The notes under the pieces: generated by a model | What the model saw: only the letters and a program-made list of their open reading frames with translations | Database searches by the model: none | What the model was told of the DNA's origin: nothing | Shown: in pieces, positions 9,664 to 19,140 of the stretch | Numbering within the stretch: position 1 is the stretch's first letter | Layout of the letters: each line of letters opens with the position of its first letter | Origin: Dehalococcoidia bacterium | GTDB taxonomy: Bacteria > Chloroflexota > Dehalococcoidia > Plut-88900 | Direction: 5' to 3' | DNA length: 64,000 nucleotides | NCBI GenBank assembly: GCA_965197645.1 | Contig: OZ240219.1 | Location: 1,056,001 to 1,120,000, forward strand | Made by a program: the position numbers and the translations under genes

Positions 9664-10488
9664 CTATTTCTTCGGCCTGGCGGTGTAGTCCCCGAAGGGG
9701 CTGTCTCTCTTCATCAGCGCCGCCCTCAGTCCTTCATTCTCCGCCGTCTCCCGGAAGTTCCTGTTGGCGTTGGAGTGGTTCGTGATCAGCACCGTATCGA
9801 AGGCCATCTGCTGCGCCACCCGGTGTCCCATCAGGTCCATGACCTTGTTAATCAGCGACTTGTGAGGCATCAGCAGCTCCAGGGGCACGTTGGCTATGCG
9901 ACCTGCCAGCGTCTTCACCTCGGACTCCAGCTCCTCCGGCGGCGCCGCTTTCAAGACGAGTCCAATCCGTTCCGCCGTCTTTCCGTCGATGGGGTCGCCG
10001 GTAAGCATCATCCGCTTGGCCCACTGGGGCCCGACCAGGTAGGTCCACATATGGTTCTGCACCGATTCGATGCCCCGTACGTCGGGCAGGCCGAAGGTGG
10101 CGTTCTCGGCGGCAACGACGATGTCGCACGATAGGGCAAGGTCCGTCCCTCCGGCGAGACAGTAGCCGTGCACCTGGGCCACTATCGGCTTGGGACTGTT
10201 CCATATCTTCAGCCACTGGTTCGTGTTGACCCGAAACGCTAGAAACTTGGTGCCGAGGTTCTCGTCCCAGGGCTCCGCGCCCGGCGAGATATCGTATCCG
10301 GCCGAGAAGGCCCGGCCTGCAGCCTTCAAGATGACGGCTCGAACATCGTTGTCCGCGCTGGCCTCTTCGACGGCCGCAACTATGTCCGATACCAGGCCTT
10401 CGCTGAGGGCGTTCAGCTTGTCGGGTCGGTTCATGGTTATGGAGGCCACGTGGCCGTCCACTTCGTAGATCACGTTCTCGTATGGCAA
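9664..10488 (-). CDS. Enoyl-CoA hydratase/isomerase family protein
   Basis: NRPDKLNAL, AFSAGYD, KPIVAQVHGYCLAGG, LALSCD motifs. Confidence 0.92.
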   Translation of the reverse strand: MPYENVIYEVDGHVASITMNRPDKLNALSEGLVSDIVAAVEEASADNDVRAVILKAAGRAFSAGYDISPGAEPWDENLGTKFLAFRVNTNQWLKIWNSPKPIVAQVHGYCLAGGTDLALSCDIVVAAENATFGLPDVRGIESVQNHMWTYLVGPQWAKRMMLTGDPIDGKTAERIGLVLKAAPPEELESEVKTLAGRIANVPLELLMPHKSLINKVMDLMGHRVAQQMAFDTVLITNHSNANRNFRETAENEGLRAALMKRDSPFGDYTARPKK

Positions 10489-10630
10489 AACATACCTCCG
10501 TTGTAAGCGACTGGAAACGTCGTGAAATGGGAAATGGAAGATCAGGAGAGCGTCGGTAGTCTACACCTTGGGCCTCACCGGGAGAAGAGAGGACCGGCTG
10601 TTGGAGAAAGCTCTAGGGTGGAAACCCGTC

Positions 10631-11617
10631 CTACCTCGCCACTGCCCTCTTGTGCCTCTCCTGCAGAGTGAACGGCGTCTGCAGCGGCGCGATCACCTCT
10701 CGAGCCAGCAGCTCCACCTGCCGGTGCCACTCCTCGCCGTAGCACGCCGGATGCATCACAAACTTGGTGGCCCCGCCCGCAATATACTCCTCGATCCTGC
10801 TGCGAATCTGCTCGCCGGAACCGACGGCGCAGAACTCCGAGGCCGGAGCATCGTCGCGGAGATGCAGATGAGGTCCCGCCCGTTCCAGCCCCTCGCCCGG
10901 ATCAGTGGCGAACAGGAAGGGCAGATAGACGCCGTAGTGGTCTTCGGGCACGTGCCTGCCCTCTTCTGCGGCGTACCTCCTGATGGACTTTACCCCCTCG
11001 GTCACGTCCTTGACCGTCGCTCCCGATACCAGCCAGCCGTCACCGACGCGACCGACGCGGCGAAGAGCGGCGTCGGACCGGCCCCCTATCCACAACGGGG
11101 GCCCTTCCGGTCGATGCGGCTTCGGGGTCAGGGTAACATTCGACATCGAGTAGAACTCACCCTGGAAGGTGACGTTATCCTCGGTCCACAGCCTCCGCAT
11201 CAGCCTGATGGACTCGTCCGTTCGACGCCCCCGCTGCTCTTTTGGGACGCCCGTCGCGGCGAAGTCCCCAGAAATGGCGGGGCCAAGGCCCACCGCGGGC
11301 AGCAGCCGGCCACCCGATAGGAGGTCGAGGGTCGCCAGCTGTTTCGCCAGGACCACTGGGTTCCGCACCGGCAGCACCAGCACACTGGTGCCCAACAGCA
11401 TGTTCCGCATCCGGGAAGCAACGAAGGACATGAACACCACCGGCTCCAAGATGTTATCGGCCGAGGTGATGTGGTCGCTGAGCCACAGGGAATCGATGTC
11501 CAACTCCTCCCATCGTTCGATCATGTCCAGTATGGCGCCCGTGCTGATGTCGGGGAAGGGCCAAGCCCCCATGCCAATCCCGATGCGTATCTTCAAGTCT
11601 TCGTTGTCCAGCGACAT
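10631..11617 (-). CDS. LLM-class (luciferase-like) flavin-dependent oxidoreductase
   Basis: DSLWLSDH, LGTSVLVLPVRNPVVLAKQLATLDLLSGGR, PKP..PPLWIGG, GDGW; start moved to ATG 11617 with GGAG RBS. Confidence 0.92.
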   Translation of the reverse strand: MSLDNEDLKIRIGIGMGAWPFPDISTGAILDMIERWEELDIDSLWLSDHITSADNILEPVVFMSFVASRMRNMLLGTSVLVLPVRNPVVLAKQLATLDLLSGGRLLPAVGLGPAISGDFAATGVPKEQRGRRTDESIRLMRRLWTEDNVTFQGEFYSMSNVTLTPKPHRPEGPPLWIGGRSDAALRRVGRVGDGWLVSGATVKDVTEGVKSIRRYAAEEGRHVPEDHYGVYLPFLFATDPGEGLERAGPHLHLRDDAPASEFCAVGSGEQIRSRIEEYIAGGATKFVMHPACYGEEWHRQVELLAREVIAPLQTPFTLQERHKRAVAR

Positions 11618-11737
11618 CTCTGCTCCCGTACTCAATACCTGTGGCTTTCTCCTCCCGCGCCCGCCCATTATACAAGACTTTCGCGATAGCTCCCCCTTAC
11701 CTCCCACACCGTCACCTCATATACTTGTCCCGAGCTC

Positions 11738-12955
11738 ATGCGACCGGCAACTCTAGCCCTCATCGTCATGCTGGCAGCCTTCCTGTCTCTTGCAAGTTGC
11801 CGGCGAAGTGACGATTCGACGCCTCTCCCCACAAACGTGCCCGTAACGGAAGAGGCAGCCCAGACCGCGCCTGCAGCCACCCCCACGTCCACGCCTTCTC
11901 CCACTCCTACTCCCACACCAACGTCTACCGTGGCCCCATCCCCACCGGACCTCGTGCCCGCCGAGTTTGGGTTGCAGCTGCCCGAGGGATTCCACGTCCA
12001 GGTCTACACCTCCCGGGTTCCGAGACCCACCAGCCTGGCCTTCGCGCCCGACGGCACCCTGTACGTCAGCTCGGAGACCGGCCTGGTGATGAAGCTCGCC
12101 GACACAGATTCCGATGGAAAGCCGGATATCGTCGATCCCCTCAACCAGCGTTTCGTACTGCCTCTGGGGTTGGCGTTCTACGATGGCGCCCTCTACGTGT
12201 CGAGTCGCGGCAGGGTCCACACTTTGCGAGACACCGACGAAGACGGCGAATTCGATGAGGTGGAGGAGATCATATCGGACCTGCCGGTGGTTGGAGGCCA
12301 TCAGAACAACGGTCTCGCCTTCGGGCTTGATAGCAAGCTCTATATGAACCTCGGCTCCACCTGCAACGCCTGCATCGAGGTGGATGAACGCAACGCCACC
12401 ATCATGCGGTTCAACGCCGACGGCACGGATGGCACGGTTTACGCCAGCGGCCTCCGGAACGTCTACGATCTCGCCTTCCACCCCGAGGACGGCACACTGT
12501 GGGCCGCCGACAACGGCCGGGACGACCGGCCCAACCTGGTTCCGGAGGAGCTCAACCTGATAGTGGAAGGCGGAGACTACGGCTGGCCCCCCTGCTGGGG
12601 AGATGGGGGTGGGACGGGCTGTGAGGGTACCCTCCCGCCCATCGCCGAGATGGAGGCCCATGGCTCGGCCAACGGCCTGGCCTTCTACACCGGCGACATG
12701 TTCCCCGACGAGTACCGCAACAACATCTTCATCGCGCTGTGGGGTTCGCTATCCGGGGTGCATGGTCGTAAGGTCATGCGAATAGAGCTGACGAAACGGG
12801 ACGACACCTACGACGCCCGCGTCTCCGAGTTCATCCTCGGTCTGGACCGCCCGTTGGACGTGGTCGTGGCGCCCGACGGAGCACTTCTCATCGCCGACCA
12901 CCTTGCCAATGCCATATATCGAGTTTTCTACACAGACCCAACCGAAGGTGGGTAG
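11738..12955 (+). CDS. PQQ-dependent glucose/sorbosone dehydrogenase family lipoprotein
   Basis: Lipobox LASC, Pro/Thr stalk, beta-propeller motifs PTSLAFAPDG, SGLRN, DNGRD, YGWP, RPLDVVVAPDG. Confidence 0.88.
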   Translation: MRPATLALIVMLAAFLSLASCRRSDDSTPLPTNVPVTEEAAQTAPAATPTSTPSPTPTPTPTSTVAPSPPDLVPAEFGLQLPEGFHVQVYTSRVPRPTSLAFAPDGTLYVSSETGLVMKLADTDSDGKPDIVDPLNQRFVLPLGLAFYDGALYVSSRGRVHTLRDTDEDGEFDEVEEIISDLPVVGGHQNNGLAFGLDSKLYMNLGSTCNACIEVDERNATIMRFNADGTDGTVYASGLRNVYDLAFHPEDGTLWAADNGRDDRPNLVPEELNLIVEGGDYGWPPCWGDGGGTGCEGTLPPIAEMEAHGSANGLAFYTGDMFPDEYRNNIFIALWGSLSGVHGRKVMRIELTKRDDTYDARVSEFILGLDRPLDVVVAPDGALLIADHLANAIYRVFYTDPTEGG

Positions 12956-12978
12956 GTGCTCCGGACCCGCCATCGACG

Positions 12979-13332
12979 TCACCCCTGCTGCAGCGCCACC
13001 GTCTCCTTCAAAATCGTCGCTACGACGTCCAGCGGCAGCTTCTCAAGCCTCGTGAAGCGGACACAGCTCTTGCCGATGCTCAGGTCCCCAAGCTCCTTCC
13101 GATGCTTGTCCACGAGGTCGACGTTCATGTACAGGCTCATGTAGCTCTTCTGCGACGCCATGGCGCACACTACGTGGTCGCCCAGCTCAAAGGTTGGCAT
13201 GCCGTACCGCATGGTCTCGGTGACGCCGGCGGCCGAACTCAGTATCAACTCTCTCACGGCTTCCAATGCTGCTTTGCGCTTCGGTCCCAGGCTGTTTATG
13301 TACTCAACCGCCGAGCCGGCTTTCGCAGACAC
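12979..13332 (-). CDS. DUF1801 (YdhG-like) protein
   Basis: VEYI...ALEAVRELI...ETMRYGMPTF...ASQKSYMSLY...GKSCVRF; GTG start at 13332 with AAGGAG RBS. Confidence 0.85.
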   Translation of the reverse strand: MSAKAGSAVEYINSLGPKRKAALEAVRELILSSAAGVTETMRYGMPTFELGDHVVCAMASQKSYMSLYMNVDLVDKHRKELGDLSIGKSCVRFTRLEKLPLDVVATILKETVALQQG

Positions 13333-13403
13333 GCGTCTTCTCCTTGGCTCCCTCCAAATGCCGGGCAGTATAGCATCCAGCGCCCTCGAAGGCGCCTGGG
13401 GCA

Positions 13404-13412
13404 TGGTATAAT
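13404..13412 (+). promoter_or_regulatory. Extended -10 promoter upstream of xdhC
   Basis: TGGTATAAT about 50 nt before ATG 13462. Confidence 0.45.
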
Positions 13413-13461
13413 CAACTACAGTAACATCCACAGCCTGAAGCGGGCCCTGGGAGCGAAAGCC

Positions 13462-14583
13462 ATGCTAGAGATATTTCGAGAGGTGGACCAGATACTGAGT
13501 CGGGACGAGCCCTTCGCCCTGGCCACGGTCGTGAGGACCAAAGGCTCGACGCCCCAGAAGCCGGGCTCCAAGCTGCTGGTCCGGAAGGACGGCACCTTTA
13601 CCGGCACCCTGGGTGGCGGCTGCGTGGAAGCCGATGCCTTTACCGCCGCCAAGCTGGCCATGGAGGAGAAGGCCGCACCCGAGGTGCACAACTTCACCCT
13701 CAGCGACGAGTTGGCGCGACAGGACGGGCTGGTCTGCGGCGGCTCCATGGAGATTCTTATCGATAGGCCGGAAGAGGACCCGTTGTTCAACCAGTACACG
13801 ACCGATATCAACAACGCATACAGGGGTGGGCAGCCCGTGGCCCTGGCCGTGCTGACCGATCCCGGCAACACGGCAGCAACGGTGGGTTCCAAGCTGTTGA
13901 TCAGGGAAGACGGCTCCACCCTGGGCACATTGGGCGGCCCAACCCTCGATCTGTCCGCCCTGGACACGGCTCGAGAGATGATGGACTTCGGCCGAAGCGG
14001 TTTCATAGCCGGGCCCGATAAGTCGGAGATGTTTATCGAGGCCTTCACCCGGCCGCCAACGATAGTCATCGCCGGCGCGGGCCACGTCGCCCTCTCCATC
14101 TACCGGCTGGCCAGGTTCCTCAACTACCAGGTGGTCATAGTCGACGATAGACCCGAGTTCGCCAACCGGGACCGGTTCCCCGAGGCCCACGACATCGTCC
14201 CCAAGGACTTCGCCGAGGGTATCCGAGAGCTCAACATCACCCCCAACACCTTCATCATAGTGGCCACCAGGGGTCACAAGTGGGACGACATCGCCCTGCT
14301 GGAGGCGGCCCGGACCCCTGCACGGTACGTGGGACTGCTGGGCAGTAAGCGAAAGGCGATACTGATCTATCAACGCCTCTACGAGGAGGGCATCCCCCAC
14401 GACAGGATCCAGGAGATCCGCTCCCCAGTGGGCTTGAACTTCGGCGGCCGGTCCATCGAGGAGATCGCCCTCAGCATCGTGGCGGAGATCGAGATGCTGC
14501 GTCACGGCGGCGATGGTTCGATCATGAAAATGAGCGACAAGCTGGTCAACAAGGCAAGGGACAAGGCAGGTATCCCCGTCTGA
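13462..14583 (+). CDS. xdhC: XdhC/CoxI family molybdoenzyme accessory protein
   Basis: ATVVRTKGSTPQKPG, GTLGGGCVE, GLVCGG, GAGHV, DDRPEFA, YVGLLGSKRK, SPVGL, EEIALSIVAEI. Confidence 0.92.
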   Translation: MLEIFREVDQILSRDEPFALATVVRTKGSTPQKPGSKLLVRKDGTFTGTLGGGCVEADAFTAAKLAMEEKAAPEVHNFTLSDELARQDGLVCGGSMEILIDRPEEDPLFNQYTTDINNAYRGGQPVALAVLTDPGNTAATVGSKLLIREDGSTLGTLGGPTLDLSALDTAREMMDFGRSGFIAGPDKSEMFIEAFTRPPTIVIAGAGHVALSIYRLARFLNYQVVIVDDRPEFANRDRFPEAHDIVPKDFAEGIRELNITPNTFIIVATRGHKWDDIALLEAARTPARYVGLLGSKRKAILIYQRLYEEGIPHDRIQEIRSPVGLNFGGRSIEEIALSIVAEIEMLRHGGDGSIMKMSDKLVNKARDKAGIPV

Positions 14584-15233
14584 CGACGATACCCCCTGGG
14601 CCCCATACGACGGCCATCCTGCTGGCTGCCGGCCTCTCGACCCGCATGGGCCGCAGCAAGGCGTTGCTTCCCTGGATTGACTCCACCCTCCTCGAGTACC
14701 AGCTTTGCCAGCTTATAGAATCCCGGGTCGAAGACATCATTCTGGTCCTTGGCCACAAGGCAGGCGAGCTCCGGGCCGTGGCGGCAAAGTTCCCCGAAGC
14801 GCTGATGGTCTTCAATCCGCTCTACCGCACCGGGCGAACATCGTCCCTGCTGGCCGGCATCTCGAAGGTAGCCCCTGAAACGGACGCGGTGCTGGTCTAT
14901 GGCGTCGATCAGCCCCGGCCGGCCTCCCTCATAGATGAGGTCATACAGGCCCATGCCGGCAATCCAACACCCATCACCATACCCACCTTCGAGGGCAAAC
15001 GGGGACATCCCGTCCTCTTCAGCTCCGCTATCTTGGACGAGCTTCGGCAGATTTCGGAGGAGAACCAGGGACTGAAACAGGTGGTCCGCCGAGACCCCGC
15101 CCGTGTCAGGGAGGTCGCAGTCTCCTCGCCAATGACCGTTCTGGACCTCAACACCCCGGAGGACTACCAACGGGGGCTGGAGATGGTCAAGGGATCCGGT
15201 CTCGACGTTGACAAACCTTCAGGCCGGACATAA
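14580..15233 (+). CDS. mocA: Molybdenum cofactor cytidylyltransferase (MocA)-like nucleotidyltransferase
   Basis: Frame extends upstream of the ORF-track ATG to give AILLAAGLSTRMGRSKALL; also VDQP, GKRGHPVLF, DLNTPEDY; probable CTG start overlapping the xdhC stop (CTGA). Confidence 0.82.
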   Translation: MTTIPPGPHTTAILLAAGLSTRMGRSKALLPWIDSTLLEYQLCQLIESRVEDIILVLGHKAGELRAVAAKFPEALMVFNPLYRTGRTSSLLAGISKVAPETDAVLVYGVDQPRPASLIDEVIQAHAGNPTPITIPTFEGKRGHPVLFSSAILDELRQISEENQGLKQVVRRDPARVREVAVSSPMTVLDLNTPEDYQRGLEMVKGSGLDVDKPSGRT

Positions 15234-15277
15234 TGTAACTCCTACCGTCCCTTCTTGCACCGAAAGGAGTACCCGCT

Positions 15278-16492
15278 ATGACCATGGCTATGGCAGGCAT
15301 CAGAATCATCGATATGACCATCTGGCAGCACGGCCCCGTGTCAACCTGCATGCTGGCCGACATGGGGGCCGAGGTCATCAAGGTCGAGACTCGAGACACC
15401 GGCGACCCCGGCCGCTACCTCACCACCTGGACCTTCGACGACCCGGAGGACGATGACGAAGTACGCCTCAACTACTACTGGGAGAACAACAACCGGAACA
15501 AGAAGAGCCTCGCCATCGATCTCAAGACCGAGGAAGGCATGGAGGTCATGTACCGCCTCATCGAGAAGTCGGACGCCTTCGTATCCAACTTCCGGGAAAA
15601 GTCGTTGGTCAAGCTCGGCCTGGGCTACGAAAAGGTCCACGAGATAAACCCCAAGCTGGTCTACTCGCTGGGCTACGGTTTCGGCGCCCAGGGCCCGGAC
15701 GCGAGTCGTCCTTCCGCGGACCTGGGCGCCCAGGCCCGGGGAGGGATAATGAGCCAGTCCTTCTCCCCCGCGCCAAGATTGGTATGGGGCGGACTGGCCG
15801 ATCAGACCGGCGCCTTCATGCTTTGCCTCGGCACCACCATGGGACTACTCACCAGGGAGCGGACGGGGATCGGGCAGAAGGTGGAGGAGTCCCTCTTCGG
15901 CACCCAGCTGGCAGTGGGCGCTCTCATGGCCCAGGGCACACTGTTCTCCGGGCAGGTGCCGACGGAGTACACCAGGAAGGCTCTGAGTCCCTTCTGGAAC
16001 GTCTACAAGTGCAAGGACGATAAGTGGCTGGCTTTCTCGGTCCTGGAGCTGGACCGTTACTGGCCTATCCTCTGCAAGGTACTGGACCTGGAGTGGCTGC
16101 TGGAGGACCCCAGGTTCAAGGAGGGGAAAGACAGGGTAGAGACCCGCGCCAACGAGCTAATCGACATCCTCGACGACGCCATGGCCAAGAAGACACGGGC
16201 TGAATGGACCGATATCCTTAACGGTACCGACATCATCTGGGCCCCGGTCCAGGACTATGCTGAGGCCTTGAACGATCCCCAAGCAATCGAGAACGAGTAC
16301 GTGGTCGAGTACGATCACCCCAACGCGGGCAAGGTGAAGGTCCTGGGGCTGCCCCTCAGGTTCAGCGAAACTCCGGGCAAGGTGAGGAACCTGGCGCCGG
16401 AGCTAGGCCAGCACACCGAGGAGCTCCTGACCGAGACCCTCGGGTACACCTGGGACCAGGTGGAGTCCCTCAAGGGCAAAAAGGTTATCTAG
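15278..16492 (+). CDS. CaiB/BaiF family III CoA-transferase
   Basis: LADMGAEVIKVE, GDPGR, NRNKKSLAIDLK, GFGAQGP, APELGQHTEE. Confidence 0.93.
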   Translation: MTMAMAGIRIIDMTIWQHGPVSTCMLADMGAEVIKVETRDTGDPGRYLTTWTFDDPEDDDEVRLNYYWENNNRNKKSLAIDLKTEEGMEVMYRLIEKSDAFVSNFREKSLVKLGLGYEKVHEINPKLVYSLGYGFGAQGPDASRPSADLGAQARGGIMSQSFSPAPRLVWGGLADQTGAFMLCLGTTMGLLTRERTGIGQKVEESLFGTQLAVGALMAQGTLFSGQVPTEYTRKALSPFWNVYKCKDDKWLAFSVLELDRYWPILCKVLDLEWLLEDPRFKEGKDRVETRANELIDILDDAMAKKTRAEWTDILNGTDIIWAPVQDYAEALNDPQAIENEYVVEYDHPNAGKVKVLGLPLRFSETPGKVRNLAPELGQHTEELLTETLGYTWDQVESLKGKKVI

Positions 16493-16504
16493 GAGGGTAT
16501 CGTA

Positions 16505-16583
16505 TCTGAGGGACACCCCTTCGGCGGGCTCAGGGCAGGCCCTCAGACTCCCAGCAAAGGGGCTTCGCCCCTCTGCACATCCC
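16505..16583. repeat. Intergenic REP/MITE-like repeat family A, copy 1
   Basis: 32-nt core AGGGACACCCCTTCGGCGGGCTCAGGGCAGGC (16509-16540) identical at 18065 and 55496, followed by TCAGACTCCC and a GGGGCTTCGCCCC hairpin. Confidence 0.9.
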
Positions 16584-16640
16584 GTAGCACGAACTTTCCC
16601 TCACTCGCAACGACCTCGGTTGTTCGACTGAGTACGTATT

Positions 16641-16796
16641 CTCGTCATTGCGAGCCACGACAATGTCGGGGCGTGGCAATCCAGCGAGGACGGTTAGGGC
16701 CGTCTTTCAATAGGAATAGGCTTTGTTCCTAGCGAGCGGGGCCTGGGTTGATGGAAGGGTGCCTCCAAGGTGGTTCTTCCCTCCCACCCCGGATTG
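16641..16796 (+). repeat. Intergenic repeat family B, copy 1 (two conserved blocks)
   Basis: CTCGTCATTGCGAG..CGAC..GTCGGGGCGTGGCAATC (16641-16681) and AGGTGGTTCTTCCCTCCCACCCCGGATTG (16768-16796) recur inverted at 55643-55765. Confidence 0.8.
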
Positions 16797-16875
16797 CATC
16801 CGACGGCGTCCCACTCCTGAGCCTGTTTGCCATCGAGTACCTTGGATTGGCAGAGGGACGTATCCGGTGGCCTAG

Positions 16876-17957
16876 CTAATCAACAAACACCGATAACTCG
16901 ACGAGTCGCTCACTCAGCCACACCTCTCCCGTATCTCGCCAGATGATAACGGTGTAGACTCCGGGTCTTCGCACGAACTTACTCACGTCTGCGGATAACC
17001 TGAAACCACTATTAGTCTCAATCCAGGTATCGGCTACAACATCATTATGGTCTAGATCTGTGTAGTAGCGATTAGCGCCCGGCGGTTTGAGCATGTCTAC
17101 GACTGACTCGCCACACCTTGTCGTTTGTCCACCTCCGACACAGTAACTGTCGAGGGCGTCTATCTGTTTGACGGACATCCGTACAGGTGTCGGGTCGTAG
17201 TAAAGACTCACCACCTGGCCAATGTCGATATCTGGCTCCCGCTTCTGTAATCTCATTGCGAGAACTCCGTCCCGAGTGAGGATCGGTCTCGATAGAGCGG
17301 TGACCGCTCCTCCCTCGAAGTGCTGTACGAACGCCACCCTCTTCTTGTTCCAAAAAATGCCTATATTGACCCGCCTATGACTCTCCGTAAGTATGTTGTC
17401 CCGATGACCCCAATCCGCGTGGGCGTCGTCATACATCATTGACCACTGATGCTGGGTTACCGCCTCTAGTGGGTCGGGTCTATCACACCTTACTAGCCAA
17501 GAATCGCAATCTTGGTTCTCCCATTCTCGGTCGGTCCAGCCGCGAAACGACGCATTCTCACTTACGTAGCTAGTACCGCCAGTCTGTGTGTAGACCGCCC
17601 CATATATGGCTTGCGCCCATCCATCCACCAGTGTCCCAGGTAGCCATGCGCAACCATTTCTTGAGCATGCAATTGGGCGGCTGGGTTGGAACCCAGTGAA
17701 ACTGGCGGAAAGCCGTACTTTGCCCTATCGGCGTTAATCAAGTTAAGGGCATGTTTTCTCAAGCACGTCAGACTTGCATTGCATGGAAGTGGGGTTGGTG
17801 AGGGTGAGGAGGTGGGCTCGGGCGTGAGTGAAGAATTTGGCGCGGGCGTTGCCCTCACATTTGGGGTCTCGGGAGATTCGGTATCAGGGGTGGCCGCATC
17901 GATGACAACTGAGATCCCTACCAAAATAACCAGGCCAATTACAATCTTTTTTGCCAT
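16876..17957 (-). pseudogene. CAP/SCP-domain secreted protein, split by one frameshift near 17600
   Basis: N-part (17562-17957): TM anchor, Pro/Thr stalk, LNLINADR...AAQLHAQEM...YLGHW; C-part (16876-17628): VSEN...WGHRDNIL...VNIGI...VQHF; the halves complete one CAP domain. Confidence 0.8.
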
Positions 17958-18029
17958 CTCCTCATGACTCTTCTCCCGGTAAGATCCATGCCAGCCCTAT
18001 CCGCCCACCGCGGATTTCATCTAGCGGCT

Positions 18030-18139
18030 CCCCGCCCCTGGGAAAAGGGGAAGAAAAGTATCTAAGGGACACCCCTTCGGCGGGCTCAGGGCAGGCTTTC
18101 AGACTCCCGGCAAAGGGTCTTCGCCCCTCTCCACTCTCC
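18030..18139. repeat. Repeat family A, copy 2 (with 5' CCCCGCCCC..AAGGGG extension)
   Basis: Identical 32-nt core at 18065-18096; 5' extension shared with the copy at 55450. Confidence 0.88.
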
Positions 18140-18204
18140 ACAACTCATCGCCGTTACTAGAGGTGGCTATGAAGGGGCAGATAGTTGCTGACAGACGCTG
18201 CCGC

Positions 18205-19125
18205 CTATCCCTTGGCGGAGGATTCCACTCTGCCTCGTTTAACAGCTTGGCCCACAACGTCCATTCCCACCAGCTCGCTCCAGGCGGCCAGCAGCTGTTG
18301 GGTGACCGGCCCGGGAATATCCTCCGATACCGTCCGGCTGTCCACCCTGCCCACCGGCAGGATGCTGTAGGGTGTGCTGGAGAGGAAAACCTCGTCCGCG
18401 GTGTATGCGTCGTAGGGTTGCAGTGCGTCCTCGACGGCCGGAATCCCCAGCTGCTCGGCAAGCTCGAAGATTACCTTGCGTGAGACCCCTTGAAGAAGGG
18501 AGCTGTCTCCCGCCGTCCTCAGCGTACCGTCGGTCACGATGAAGAAGTTGTACCCGATCCCCTCGGTGATGTTTCCCTGTACATCCAGCAGCACCGGAAA
18601 CGCGTTGACATCTACGTCCTGGGCCTCCAGCTCGGCCAGTACGAAGTTGAGTCGACTGTAGTGTTTCACCTTGGGGTCCAGCGCCTCGGAGGAGTAGCTT
18701 CGGACCTTGGGTATGACGGCGTGAGCCCCCTCAGTGTAGAGCGGGCCGTAGCGGGGAAAATCGATGGGGTCGATCCAGATCGCCACGTTGGCCTTCATAT
18801 CTCCGTGTCCCAGGGCAGCTTCACCCCGGGTCACGAACTGGGTGATCATGTAGTCGTTGCCCGGCTCCCGGACAGACTCGTTCCTCTGCACTACATCCAG
18901 CGTCAGCTCCTCCAGCTCTTCGAGGGAGTAGCCGGGGTCCATCCGGGTGTAGGTAAGGGACCGAAACAAGCGGTCCAGATGGTCTCTGAGGCGAAACACG
19001 GTGCCGTTGAAGGTACGAGAGGTATCGAACACCACGTCACCCAGACGCAGTCCCCTGTCCTGGAGGCCAACCTTTGCCTCGCTGGCCGGTACGAATTCGC
19101 CGTTCAACCAAACGGTGTACTCCAT
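18205..19125 (-). CDS. Aminotransferase class IV (branched-chain/D-amino acid type)
   Basis: WLNGEF, DRGLRLGD, FRLRDHLDRL, catalytic Lys in KVKHYSR, LQGVSR, ADEVFLSST, PGPVT. Confidence 0.92.
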   Translation of the reverse strand: MEYTVWLNGEFVPASEAKVGLQDRGLRLGDVVFDTSRTFNGTVFRLRDHLDRLFRSLTYTRMDPGYSLEELEELTLDVVQRNESVREPGNDYMITQFVTRGEAALGHGDMKANVAIWIDPIDFPRYGPLYTEGAHAVIPKVRSYSSEALDPKVKHYSRLNFVLAELEAQDVDVNAFPVLLDVQGNITEGIGYNFFIVTDGTLRTAGDSSLLQGVSRKVIFELAEQLGIPAVEDALQPYDAYTADEVFLSSTPYSILPVGRVDSRTVSEDIPGPVTQQLLAAWSELVGMDVVGQAVKRGRVESSAKG

Positions 19126-19140
19126 CGTCTTCTCCCTTCT

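Noticed and set aside
11870-11945. Pro/Thr-rich low-complexity tracts (also near 17800, 23930-24050, 28200-28310) as DNA tandem repeats
   Set aside because: They are degenerate at DNA level and simply encode the flexible stalks of secreted or lipoproteins.
13102-13461. N-terminal extensions in the ORF track (xdhC from 13102, btuD from 25916, amidase from 36946, acyl-CoA dehydrogenase from 52905)
   Set aside because: They overlap neighbouring genes or lack family similarity; downstream starts have better RBS and match family N-termini.
15208-15234. TTGACA...CATAAT promoter before the CoA-transferase
   Set aside because: Spacing is only 15 nt, too short to call with confidence.
16505-18139. 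32-nt identical repeats as a CRISPR array
   Set aside because: Copies are about 1.5 kb and 37 kb apart, not regularly interspaced, and no cas genes are in the window.
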